Shown: positions 27,257 through 37,605 of the stretch, in pieces
How the letters are laid out: every line of letters begins with the position of its first letter
How positions within the stretch are numbered: the first letter of the stretch is position 1
Source: Phycisphaeraceae bacterium
GTDB taxonomy: Bacteria > Planctomycetota > Phycisphaerae > Phycisphaerales > Phycisphaeraceae
Reading direction: 5' to 3'
DNA length: 64,000 bases
Assembly (NCBI GenBank): GCA_963674705.1
Contig: OY771506.1
Span: 3,616,001 to 3,680,000 of the forward strand
The notes under the pieces: generated by a model
Seen by the model: only the letters and a program-made list of their open reading frames with translations
Told to the model about the DNA's origin: nothing
Database searches by the model: none
Position numbers and translations under genes: made by a program

Positions 27257-28153
27257 TTAGTATTCCATCTTGATCCCGAAGGTGCCGTAGACGCTGTAAT
27301 CGTCGCTGCCGGTACCGAAGGCTTCGCTGATATCCTGGGCGGTGTCGCCGAGGAAGATCACGTGGACGCCGGCGCTGGCGGTCCAGTTGCCGTAGTCGGC
27401 GGGGATCAGGTCAGCCAGCGGGGTGCTGAACACGGCGCCGATGTCAAGGTAGCCGAAGGTATCATCGTCGCCCATGCCGTTTTCATAGTAATCATCGAGG
27501 CTCAGGCCGACCTTCACGGGGATTGTCATATCAACGGTGACGCTGTCGCTGCCGCAGACATCTTTCCAGGCCGGGGCGATGCCGAGTTCAAGGTAGGTAC
27601 CCTTGTTGGTACCGGCATCCGAACCGCCATCGGTTTCAATCGCCAGGGTTGCGTACGGATTCAGCGCGAAGCCGTCCTGGCCCCACAGGCCGGTGTCGTC
27701 GTAGCTGACGGTAGCATCGACTTCTTCCGCGAAGATGTCGCCACCAGAGGGGTTGTACAGAACGATGTAGCGGAGGTCGACCGACACATCACCGGATGTT
27801 GCTGTCACGCCGGCGTAGAAGTCGGATTCGTACCAGGCGTCGCCCGGGGTGCTGTCCTGCACGCTGTTCCACAGACCAACCGAACCGGTCAGGGTGTAGT
27901 CGTCCTTTTCGATCAGGGTGGCGGTCATGTCAACCCAGGGCTGAAGGATCAGGCCTTCATTTTCCTGGCCGATACCGCGGTACCAGTATTCGGTCACCAG
28001 ATCGAAGCCGGTGGACCAGGCGACCTTACCGGTGTTAACCGGGGGGGCGTCCTGTGCCTGAGCGGTGGAGGTACCCATGAGCGTCATCGCGGAAACAGCC
28101 GCGAGCAGCGCAAAGGTGCGAGGTCGTGCAATGGGAGAGAGGGTTGGTGTCAT
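27257..28153 (-). CDS. Outer-membrane beta-barrel, TorF/Gcw_chp-like putative porin
   Basis: Signal peptide (AQA); TEYWYRGIGQE..G.ILQP and YESDFYAG; alternating beta-strand pattern; terminal aromatic residue (MEY). Confidence 0.7.
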   Translation of the reverse strand: MTPTLSPIARPRTFALLAAVSAMTLMGTSTAQAQDAPPVNTGKVAWSTGFDLVTEYWYRGIGQENEGLILQPWVDMTATLIEKDDYTLTGSVGLWNSVQDSTPGDAWYESDFYAGVTATSGDVSVDLRYIVLYNPSGGDIFAEEVDATVSYDDTGLWGQDGFALNPYATLAIETDGGSDAGTNKGTYLELGIAPAWKDVCGSDSVTVDMTIPVKVGLSLDDYYENGMGDDDTFGYLDIGAVFSTPLADLIPADYGNWTASAGVHVIFLGDTAQDISEAFGTGSDDYSVYGTFGIKMEY

Positions 28154-28239
28154 GGCAGATAGTTCCTTCTAACTGTGACTGTTTTTAACGATGCATCATT
28201 ATGCCTACCCGGGTAGGCAATGCGTTGCATATTGTACAC

Positions 28240-28254
28240 GCAACTGACGTGCCA
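28240..28254 (-). promoter_or_regulatory. Sigma-54 (-24/-12) promoter
   Basis: The minus strand reads TGGCACGTCAGTTGC, an exact TGGCAC-N5-TTGC match about 87 bp upstream of the ATG. Confidence 0.8.
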
Positions 28255-28452
28255 TTCACATCAGCCGCAACATCATACCGATTACGGTCACCTCTTGCGT
28301 CGGCAAGTGTTTAGTGCAAACTTTTTATTTTCTTTTAGGGACAGGCCTTACCCAATCCGGTGCCCAAATACTAGGCAAGACGGGGCCCTCCGGAGTGCCT
28401 TTGCTTAAACAGTAATCGGCGCAGATGGGCGGAAAAGGTATACAAATATCCG

Positions 28453-30024
28453 TTATGCCGGTGCAATGCCCCGTTGCAAATCCTGGACACGTTGCGCCTG
28501 CGCCCGGCGGACGTTGTCCAGCGTGATTCGTGCGATCTTGAAGTTCGGATCGTCCTCCGGGCTCAGCCGGCAGTGTTCCTGGATCAGGCTGTAGAGGAAC
28601 TTGAACGCGTCCCGTGGTTGCTGCATCTGATCCAACGCGTCGATCACCGCATCACGTGTCACGTCCGGCTGGAAAAGGTCCATCAACTGAATGGGTTTGT
28701 CGCCTTCATTCTCAGACGTTCGGCAAGCTCGCAGCCGACTCGTGCAGATGTCGTACAACGTTGCGCCTGACCAGGTCAAACGATCCACGACATGCTGCTT
28801 GTCGAGACGCGCTTCTTCAAAGAATGCGGGAGACTCACGATGAACAAGATGCCTCAGTTCGATCGGTAGCAGCAGCTTGATGCCCACTCCCTTCTGCTGC
28901 AGGAATTTGTTGTCCAGCATCGGCCAGATGATCGCTCGCATGCGATCCGCTTTGCCCTGGATCACCGTCGGCTCATCCACACGATCCACCAGCACGACGA
29001 TGCCCGCATAACCAATACCGGTTAAGACTTCGATGAACTGACGTGTTAACTGGTACCGGCTGTCACTGCGATCGCTGTCTTTACTCGTCGGAATCGGCTG
29101 CCCGGCAATCTCGGATCGACCAAGTACCTGAAGCATCACGGACAGGTCCGCTGTATCACGCTTGATCGCGGGCATCTGTGTCACGAAGTCCTTGCAGTAA
29201 TACCGCCATCGGAAGTAGTCGACGATCCCTGCGACTCCCGAAAAGATTCCAAATGCAAGCAAAATACCCGCGATGATCACGTAGAAGTTGACCGGTAATC
29301 TGGCCTGTTCTTGTTCCTGGAGTAAATATGTGTACGCATACGCACCCCCCAGTGCGACAAGACCAAGAATCGCCATACACACACCGATCCACGCCCAGGG
29401 CACGGGCATCTTCCATCCCAATCCTAAGCGTCCGCGCAGCTTCTTCCAGCGGCTGACTACTGCGCCCGCTTTCGGCTGATCGTAAAGCGCTGACAACACC
29501 GCCAGATTCACGCGAGTCGATCGTGGCAGCTTTCGCAGTTTCTTTTTCAACTCACGCCAGTTGTGGGCTGGTTTCGTCCCTTGGATCGGGTCAGCAGACT
29601 GTTCACCGAGCAGCGCGTCATTCAGTTGTGTCACCGCGATCGACAGGATCGCGTCCTGGTGGTCCTCCAGCCGAAGTTCATCCAGCATCGATTCGACATT
29701 GCCGCCGCAGGCCGACAATAGCTGATCCAGCACCGGGTTCAGGTCGTCGTATGGCACGGTCAAGACCAGCTTGTCCGGATGCTCCGCGTTGTGCCTCGCG
29801 ATCTGGTTGGCGAGCATGATCCGGATCGCCGTCTTACCGCTTCCCTTTTCCCCGAACACGATGCTCGTGCCGGGCTGATCAACCTTGCCCATCACCTTGC
29901 CGAACTCAGGATGCGACAGGTCTTTTTCGATCAGACGCTCAAACACCGGGTCCAGCCGGGCCTCCTCGGCGCCGTACGGGTTCTCTGTGATCTGGTAATG
30001 TGCAAGGAATGAGTCGATATTCAT
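28453..30024 (-). CDS. P-loop NTPase with two inserted TM helices (KAP-like architecture)
   Basis: Walker A GEKGSGKT, two central hydrophobic helices, Walker B-like IVVLVDRVDE. Confidence 0.7.
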   Translation of the reverse strand: MNIDSFLAHYQITENPYGAEEARLDPVFERLIEKDLSHPEFGKVMGKVDQPGTSIVFGEKGSGKTAIRIMLANQIARHNAEHPDKLVLTVPYDDLNPVLDQLLSACGGNVESMLDELRLEDHQDAILSIAVTQLNDALLGEQSADPIQGTKPAHNWRELKKKLRKLPRSTRVNLAVLSALYDQPKAGAVVSRWKKLRGRLGLGWKMPVPWAWIGVCMAILGLVALGGAYAYTYLLQEQEQARLPVNFYVIIAGILLAFGIFSGVAGIVDYFRWRYYCKDFVTQMPAIKRDTADLSVMLQVLGRSEIAGQPIPTSKDSDRSDSRYQLTRQFIEVLTGIGYAGIVVLVDRVDEPTVIQGKADRMRAIIWPMLDNKFLQQKGVGIKLLLPIELRHLVHRESPAFFEEARLDKQHVVDRLTWSGATLYDICTSRLRACRTSENEGDKPIQLMDLFQPDVTRDAVIDALDQMQQPRDAFKFLYSLIQEHCRLSPEDDPNFKIARITLDNVRRAQAQRVQDLQRGIAPA

Positions 30025-30162
30025 CCGTGGTTTCCCGTCGACGGATTCAAGGGATGCGGTCCGGGGCCGACCCCTATAGACTATCGGCCAAAGACCGGCC
30101 CCCCAAATCGGGCCATGTGCAAAAGTTCCAACGGATCACGGGTAGACCGTCGTATCCGGCCG

Positions 30163-31743
30163 ATGAAACCAGTTATGACGTTTAATCAGCCCGATCTCAA
30201 TACGTTTAAGCAACTCGCCCAGACCACGCCCACCGAGGGCAGACGCCTGCTCGTGCCCATGTTCCGTCGGCTGTTCAGCGACTCTCTGACGCCCGTGCTG
30301 GCATACCGCCGCCTCGTCCGCCCGGATGATCGGCTCGCCCCCAGCTTCCTGCTCGAGTCCGTCGTCGGCGGAGACCAGATAGGCCGATACAGCTACCTCG
30401 GCGCTCAGCCGATCGCCGAAGTCATCGCCCGTGACCACGATGTCGAATATCGCGATCACCGGGACAGCTACCAAACCAAGAAGTACCGCAGCGACGACCC
30501 GCTTCTGGAGATGGACCGGGTCACCTCCACTTGGCAGCCGGTGAGTGTTCCGGGATTGCCTGAATTTTCCGGCGGCTGGGTCGGCTACGCTGGCTACGAC
30601 ACCGTGCGCTACCTGGAAGGGGAGGTTCTGCCCTCACCGCCCCCGGACGACCGCCACCTGCCCGATCTGCACATGCAACTCTACAACGATGTGGTGGCCT
30701 TCGACAATGCGCAGAAAGCCGTGCTCGTGGTCACACATGTGCTGCTGGATGAATACCCCACAGCCGAAGATGCGTATAACGCGGGCCAGACCCAACTCGA
30801 TAAGATCTGCAAACGCCTGCTCGCGCCCCACGCCGATGAGCACGGCATGGAACTGCCTGCCGGGCACGTCGATCTTTCAACGCCGCCTCGCAAGCTGCCG
30901 ACTAGCTCGCTGGGGGAGGGCGGGTATCAGAAAGCTGTCGAAGCCTGCAAGGAATACATCAAGGCAGGCGACGCCTTCCAGATCGTGCCCAGTCAACGTT
31001 TCAGCCTGAAAACCAAGGTCGATCCGTTCGATATCTATCGTTCGCTTCGCGTGGTGAACCCTTCGCCTTACATGTTCTACATGCAGATCGATGGCGGCAT
31101 GCTCGTCGGCTCCAGCCCCGAAATCCTCTGCAAGGTCGAGGATGGGCTGATCACGAACCGGCCGCTTGCCGGCACACGCCACCGCGGCAAGACCCCCGAA
31201 GAAGACCTCGCACTTGAGCAGGAACTGATCAACGATCCCAAGGACCGCGCCGAACACATCATGCTCGTCGACCTCGGCCGCAACGATGTCGGCCGCGTCG
31301 CTCAGCCCGGCACGATCGAACTGCCCGAGATATTGACCATCGAACGCTACAGCCACGTCATGCACATCTCGTCCATGGTCACCGGACGTCTGCGTGAAGG
31401 CTTGACCGCGTGGGATGCACTGCGTGTGACGTTACCCGTCGGCACGGTCAGCGGGGCCCCCAAGGTCCGGGCGATGCAGATCATCGACGAACTGGAAAAG
31501 ACCCGTCGCGGACCCTACGCCGGTGCGGTCGGTTACGCCGACTTCTGTGGCAACATGGATATGGCCATCGCCTTGCGGACCATGGTCATCATGCCCGCCC
31601 AAGCAGGGCAGTGGCACGTCCATCTGCAGGCCGGCGGTGGCATAGTCGCGGACTCCGATCCGGATGCCGAACACCAGGAAACGGTCAACAAGGCCGCCGC
31701 CCTCGCCAAGGCCGTCGATCTCGCCGAATCGGCCTTTGGGTGA
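30163..31743 (+). CDS. trpE: Anthranilate synthase component I
   Basis: SFLLESV, NPSPYMF, SSPE, RPLAGT, AEHIMLVDLGRND, GTVSGAPK and QAGGGIVADS motifs. Confidence 0.93.
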   Translation: MKPVMTFNQPDLNTFKQLAQTTPTEGRRLLVPMFRRLFSDSLTPVLAYRRLVRPDDRLAPSFLLESVVGGDQIGRYSYLGAQPIAEVIARDHDVEYRDHRDSYQTKKYRSDDPLLEMDRVTSTWQPVSVPGLPEFSGGWVGYAGYDTVRYLEGEVLPSPPPDDRHLPDLHMQLYNDVVAFDNAQKAVLVVTHVLLDEYPTAEDAYNAGQTQLDKICKRLLAPHADEHGMELPAGHVDLSTPPRKLPTSSLGEGGYQKAVEACKEYIKAGDAFQIVPSQRFSLKTKVDPFDIYRSLRVVNPSPYMFYMQIDGGMLVGSSPEILCKVEDGLITNRPLAGTRHRGKTPEEDLALEQELINDPKDRAEHIMLVDLGRNDVGRVAQPGTIELPEILTIERYSHVMHISSMVTGRLREGLTAWDALRVTLPVGTVSGAPKVRAMQIIDELEKTRRGPYAGAVGYADFCGNMDMAIALRTMVIMPAQAGQWHVHLQAGGGIVADSDPDAEHQETVNKAAALAKAVDLAESAFG

Positions 31744-31831
31744 TGTTCAATCTTCAATGTTCGATGTTCAATCTGACAAGTAAGTTACGTCAATACAAAG
31801 ATTGAACATTCCACATCGAACATTGAACATC
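31742..31831. repeat. Heptamer-built inverted repeat (ATGTTCA / TGAACAT units)
   Basis: 33-nt arms at 31742-31774 and 31799-31831 are imperfect reverse complements; the same units occur at 27006-27037 and 36021-36045. Confidence 0.8.
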
Positions 31832-31859
31832 CCGCATCTATCCTGCCGATAATCCCTGC

Positions 31860-32153
31860 ATGCATACTGACGTCGACACGATCCTCAAGCTCGAAGTACC
31901 GCTACTGGTGATGGTCGGCGAATGCCGCATGCCCGTTGAAGATGTCCTGTCTCTGGGCCCCGGCGCTATCCTCGAACTGGAACGACCCGCCGACAGTGAC
32001 CTGATCCTCATGGTCAACAACAAGACCATCGGCGCCGGCCAGGCGGTTAAGGTCGGTGAGAACTTCGGCGTCAAGATCACCAAGATCGACTCCGCCGTTG
32101 AACGCATCAACGCCCTGGGCGGCGACGATGACGCCGCAGGCGAAGCCGCCTGA
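31860..32153 (+). CDS. FliN/FliM C-terminal (SpoA) domain protein
   Basis: VLSLGPGAILEL, LMVNNKTIGAG and VKVGENFGVKIT motifs. Confidence 0.85.
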   Translation: MHTDVDTILKLEVPLLVMVGECRMPVEDVLSLGPGAILELERPADSDLILMVNNKTIGAGQAVKVGENFGVKITKIDSAVERINALGGDDDAAGEAA

Positions 32154-32239
32154 TCCCCCAACTAATCAATATCCGCCCCCTGGCGAGGCTGCTTCAGCAG
32201 TCGTGCTCTCACTTGGATATGAACCCCAGCGTAGTGCGA

Positions 32240-32824
32240 TTAAACCCGCTTCACCTTGATCTGCATCCCGTCCGCGTTCACGACCCTCACACGCTCGCCG
32301 ACTTCAATCAGCCCAGATACAGACAAACACTCCTGCCGCTTGCCATCCAGCAGGCACGTGCCGACCGGTCTAAGTTCGGTCAGTGATTTGCCCTCCGTGC
32401 CGACCGCGATCTGTGATTCGTGCGTGGGAATCTCCCGCACCACTTGGCCGTCTGTTTCTAAATCATCTTCATCATCTTCGCTGCCAAGCATCATCGCCTT
32501 AGCGATCGGCGTGCTGGGCCAGATCCACAATCCCAACGCAAACGCGAACGGCAACGCAAGCACCGAGACCACAATCCCGATGACCCCGTATGTCGTATCG
32601 ATCCAGAACAGGCAAACGATCCCACCGATCAGACAAAGCGCCGCGGCAACACCAAGGATCCCGCCCGTCGGCACGAACAATTCCGCAAAAAACAAAACAA
32701 CCGCCATCCCAAGCAGGATCAACGCCCACAACACGTGGTCGAATCCTATCCCGGACGCACCCCCCGCGCCGCCTGCCTGTGCAAGCATCGCCGAACCCAG
32801 AATCGCGTAACCCAAATGTGCCAT
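32240..32824 (-). CDS. NfeD-like membrane protein (short form)
   Basis: AELFVPTGGILG TM region; C-terminal OB fold GKSLTELRPVGT. Confidence 0.85.
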   Translation of the reverse strand: MAHLGYAILGSAMLAQAGGAGGASGIGFDHVLWALILLGMAVVLFFAELFVPTGGILGVAAALCLIGGIVCLFWIDTTYGVIGIVVSVLALPFAFALGLWIWPSTPIAKAMMLGSEDDEDDLETDGQVVREIPTHESQIAVGTEGKSLTELRPVGTCLLDGKRQECLSVSGLIEVGERVRVVNADGMQIKVKRV

Positions 32825-32876
32825 AACCGTATTATCGTCGAAAATACACTTTCAACCAATAGATCTGACAAAAACG

Positions 32877-33911
<1,035 letters not shown>

Positions 33912-33974
33912 CGTCGTCTCCCAAGTATGTAGCAGTAATAAACAATCCAGTCTGAGCCTACAGTGTCAGGCGCA

Positions 33975-35864
33975 TCAATCTTCTTGGCAAGCCCGCTCGG
34001 ATAACGCGAGCATGCGCTGTCGCAGATCGTCCGTGATCTGCCTTGCATCCCAAGCCGGATCAGGCGTGTAAGGCTCGCCGAAGATCACCACCGATCGGCT
34101 GGGTTTGAAGATGTGTACGAACATGCTGTTACTTAGCGCCGGGCCCGCGATCCAGACCGGCACAATCGTCGCGCCGCTGCGTTTGGCGATCATCCCGATC
34201 CCCGGCTCCATCGGCTGTAGCTGCCGCACCTTCCGCTGCAGCCCGCCCTCCGGGTAGATCCCCACGATCTCGCCTTGCTTTAAGACATCCACCACCTTGC
34301 GGATCTTCCCGATATCCCCGTTATCACGGTCCAGCGCGATCGGCTCGATCGCACGCCAGATCGGCGTCAGAAGCGCATGCTTGTATTGCGTCAGCATCAG
34401 CCAACGCACCATCCGGATCGATCCGCTCTGCATCAGGAGCGGGTCCGCCGCCGAGGTATGATTCGCCGCGAGGATCACAGGCCCTGCATGGGGGATCCTG
34501 TCACGCCCAACGATCCGCACGCGGTGCCACACCAGGCAAAACAGCCGATTCAACCGCCACGCCGCATTCGCGATCCGGTTCGGCATCGGGCCGTGTGACA
34601 GGTAGCGGATCAACCCGACAAGCCCGACCAGCGCCAGGATCACGCCTAACCCATACAACGCGTGCATGATGTTGTTATCCGAATCGGGCAACTGCCAGAT
34701 CATGAAGTAAATCAGCACGCTGAAGATCGTGTTGACCATCGAGTTGATGCCCATCACGCGACCGCGCATATAGTTCGGCGTGATCACCTGCAGCATCGTT
34801 TGCACATTAATAATCACCACACCACCGAACAATCCGATCAGGAATGCCGACGCGTAGGTGATCGGAAGCCACGGCACGCTGACAAACAGCAGCAAACATA
34901 ATCCCACGCAGAACAACCCGCCCAGCGACACAAGTGAGGATTCCTTGCGTGTGTTGATCGCAATAATCGCGGCCGACCCGGCAAGCATCCCAACGCCGAG
35001 CGTCGCATTGATCTGCGTGTACTGACGCATCAGGATGTTTTCTTCTAACGCGTAATGGCTCTTGACCACACCGATAATCGCGCTGGACACCGCCGCGGCC
35101 GATGCCCAGACCAATACGCCCAGCATGATCAGTGTGATCACGCGCATATGCTTGGAAACATACTTGCCCGCCTGCCAGAAACTGCGCGGCTCCGCGTCCG
35201 CCACGATCGGGTCACGTGTCGGCCTCAGGAACGCAAAGAACGTCCCCGACACCAGGTAGAACAACGCCCCCATCATCAAACCCATCCGAACACTCGACGC
35301 TTCATCTACCTTGATGATCCGTCCGCCGACCACGATCCCGATCATCGATGCGATGATGTTGATCACAAGGATCACCGCGTTGCCCGCCTGTAACTGCTTA
35401 AGCGGCACGATCTGCGGGATGATGGCGTTGCGCGTCGGATTAAAGATGGATGCGAACGTCCCGATCGCAAACAGTGCCGCACACACCTTCCAATGGTGAT
35501 CCGCCGGAATATCCGCCGGCCCCGTCGCCTGCGCCACCGCAAAGAACGACAGCAAAAGGATCAACCCACGGAATTCATCACAGCACAGCAGCAGCCACTT
35601 ACGCGGCAGATGATCCGCAAGCCATCCCGCCGGGATGCTGAACAGGATGTAAGGCAGAAAGAAATAAACCTGCGTCGACGCCTGGATCGCCGTGGAGTCA
35701 GATGTCCCCTTGACCATCCCCCCCAGCAGCGCCAGCGCCGCCAGCATGATCATCCGGTCCCCGAATCCGCTCGCCGCCGTGCTCGTCCACATCAGCGTAA
35801 AGCTGAGGTTACGCCAAAGCGGCCCGGGCCGAGAAGCAGCAGTAGTTGTCGGGGTCGTGCTCAT
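33975..35864 (-). CDS. MFS transporter fused to a PlsC-type acyltransferase (LplT/Aas-like)
   Basis: About 12 TM helices with GWLADHLPRK; C-terminal ANHTSAAD (HxxxxD) and YPEG motifs. Confidence 0.85.
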   Translation of the reverse strand: MSTTPTTTAASRPGPLWRNLSFTLMWTSTAASGFGDRMIMLAALALLGGMVKGTSDSTAIQASTQVYFFLPYILFSIPAGWLADHLPRKWLLLCCDEFRGLILLLSFFAVAQATGPADIPADHHWKVCAALFAIGTFASIFNPTRNAIIPQIVPLKQLQAGNAVILVINIIASMIGIVVGGRIIKVDEASSVRMGLMMGALFYLVSGTFFAFLRPTRDPIVADAEPRSFWQAGKYVSKHMRVITLIMLGVLVWASAAAVSSAIIGVVKSHYALEENILMRQYTQINATLGVGMLAGSAAIIAINTRKESSLVSLGGLFCVGLCLLLFVSVPWLPITYASAFLIGLFGGVVIINVQTMLQVITPNYMRGRVMGINSMVNTIFSVLIYFMIWQLPDSDNNIMHALYGLGVILALVGLVGLIRYLSHGPMPNRIANAAWRLNRLFCLVWHRVRIVGRDRIPHAGPVILAANHTSAADPLLMQSGSIRMVRWLMLTQYKHALLTPIWRAIEPIALDRDNGDIGKIRKVVDVLKQGEIVGIYPEGGLQRKVRQLQPMEPGIGMIAKRSGATIVPVWIAGPALSNSMFVHIFKPSRSVVIFGEPYTPDPAWDARQITDDLRQRMLALSERACQED

Positions 35865-35979
35865 GCATCCAGTCCGTTAGCGACACCAGAACGCCGGGTA
35901 GTGTACCGGATGATGGCCATTCGCAAGGGATGGGTGGATATCGCGGCGGATAAAGCGAAATAAGACGATATGATCGCCA

Positions 35980-36123
35980 GCCGTTAGCCGTTAGCCGTTA
36001 GCCGTTAGCCGTTAGCACAGATTGAACATCCAACATCCAACATCCAACCCACCCGCTCCTTCGCTGCGATCAGGACCGGCGTTGGGGATCGAGATATTAA
36101 CGATTAACGATCAGCAATTAGCG
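35980..36123. repeat. Mixed heptamer tandem repeats plus dispersed repeat copy 2
   Basis: (GCCGTTA)x5 at 35980-36014; (AACATCC)x3 at 36025-36045; 29-bp repeat at 36058-36086; ATTAACG-type x4 at 36096-36123. Confidence 0.85.
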
Positions 36124-36136
36124 ATTTACATCGCTA

Positions 36137-36946
36137 CTACCGCTTATCACGCTCAATGAACGCGTATGCGTTGTGATTGTGAATAGACTCATAGTTCGTG
36201 CTGTTCAACTGATACCAGCAGATGCGGTCCTCAGCGTTCAGCGCCAAGGCCAGGTCGCGCACGATGTCTTCGACGAACTTCGGATTATCGAATGCCGCTT
36301 CGGTCACGTACTTCTCATCCGGCCGTTTGAGCACCGCGAAGACCTGCGTGCTCGCTGCTTGCTCGCAGATATCGAATAACTCCTCGATCCACATCATCTT
36401 GCCCGGCACGAAACGGACGTTGACCTCGATCTCGCACCGCTGGTTATGAGCCCCGTATTTGGAGATTTCCTTTGAGCAGGGGCACAGACTCGTGGCCGGG
36501 ACCTTGATGCCCAGTACCAGGTCGTCTTTCGAGTTGCTCGAACAGGCAAGCGACACCTCGATGTCGATCTTGCCGACCTGCCCGCTGACCGGGGCCTTCT
36601 TGTCGATGAAGTAGGGGAAGCTCAGCTCAAGGTGGGCTTCTTCCGCCTCGAGTTTGTCCTTCATGTCGTGGCAGATCGACAGCACCTTGTTGGACTGGAT
36701 CGATTCGTGGTGGCTGTTGAGCACCTCCAAGAACCGGCTCATGTGCGTGCCCTTCTGGTGGTGGGGCAAACCCACATACATGTTCACCTGGGCGACGGTG
36801 CTCTGCGTCCCGCCCGTGGCCGGGCAGTGGAGCGTGATCGGGTAACGGATATCCTTCACGCCGACCTTGTCGATGGCGATATTCCGGGAATCCTGGCTGC
36901 CTTGTACGTCGGGCATGCCTCTGCTAACGGGGTTTTCTACGGGCAT
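36137..36946 (-). CDS. folE2: GTP cyclohydrolase IB
   Basis: IDKVGV, KGTHMSRF, TSLCPCSKEIS.YGAHNQR, NPKFVED and ESIHNHNA motifs. Confidence 0.95.
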   Translation of the reverse strand: MPVENPVSRGMPDVQGSQDSRNIAIDKVGVKDIRYPITLHCPATGGTQSTVAQVNMYVGLPHHQKGTHMSRFLEVLNSHHESIQSNKVLSICHDMKDKLEAEEAHLELSFPYFIDKKAPVSGQVGKIDIEVSLACSSNSKDDLVLGIKVPATSLCPCSKEISKYGAHNQRCEIEVNVRFVPGKMMWIEELFDICEQAASTQVFAVLKRPDEKYVTEAAFDNPKFVEDIVRDLALALNAEDRICWYQLNSTNYESIHNHNAYAFIERDKR

Positions 36947-37139
36947 GATCTATCCTGAGGGAAGGTGTGTAACACCCTTATTTGGCCAATACTAGGCACA
37001 CGATCCCCAACTGGCAATCCGATGCCCCTCACGATCTTAAAAACGCCTTTTTCACCAATCGCCCCCTGACTTCCACAACCCACCAGATACGATACACTTG
37101 GATCAACCAGACCCCGGACCCGGAACCCAGACCCCGACC

Positions 37140-37550
37140 ATGGCCAGCCGAAAACCTCCCAGCCAGCCCAGCGGACTCGTCGGCGTCGTCGTCGACCACG
37201 CGGTCTACCGCAGCTTCAGCCAGTTCGCCCAGACGCAGGCGTGGAATCCCGCGGTCAATATCTACCAGGTCGGCCGCGTCCTGCACGTCTGCGTCGATCT
37301 GGCCGGCGTCGACCGTGACAAGATCAATGTCCGCGTCGAGCAGGGCAGGCTTACCGTCAGCGGCGTCCGACACGCCCCCGAACCCCGTCAGCCCGACGGG
37401 TCGCTGCACATTGAAATGAAAATCCACAGTATGGAAATCGACTACGGCTCGTTCAGCCGCATCGTCCAGATCCCTACACACGTCGATCTGGACGGCGTCA
37501 AAAGCGAATACCGCCAGGGCATCCTCTGGATTACCCTCCCGCTGAATTAG
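37140..37550 (+). CDS. Hsp20/alpha-crystallin small heat-shock protein
   Basis: WNPAVNIY, VDLAGV, MEIDYGSFSR and YRQGILWITLP motifs; precedes lon. Confidence 0.88.
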   Translation: MASRKPPSQPSGLVGVVVDHAVYRSFSQFAQTQAWNPAVNIYQVGRVLHVCVDLAGVDRDKINVRVEQGRLTVSGVRHAPEPRQPDGSLHIEMKIHSMEIDYGSFSRIVQIPTHVDLDGVKSEYRQGILWITLPLN

Positions 37551-37605
37551 CCGCCGCAACGTTACAACGAATCCAAATAATACAAGCGCACACCAGGCGA
37601 AGACC

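Noticed and set aside
27362..28162. Long antisense or alternate-frame ORFs (also 37029-37895, 52189-53046, 56014-56922, 57144-57908, 58182-58982)
   Set aside because: These are shadow ORFs of GC-rich genes with strong codon bias and show no protein motifs.
35980..36123. Tandem repeats as a CRISPR array
   Set aside because: The units are 7 bp with no unique spacers, and no cas genes are in the window.
36947..37139. CIRCE element upstream of hsp20-lon
   Set aside because: No TTAGCACTC-N9-GAGTGCTAA is present.
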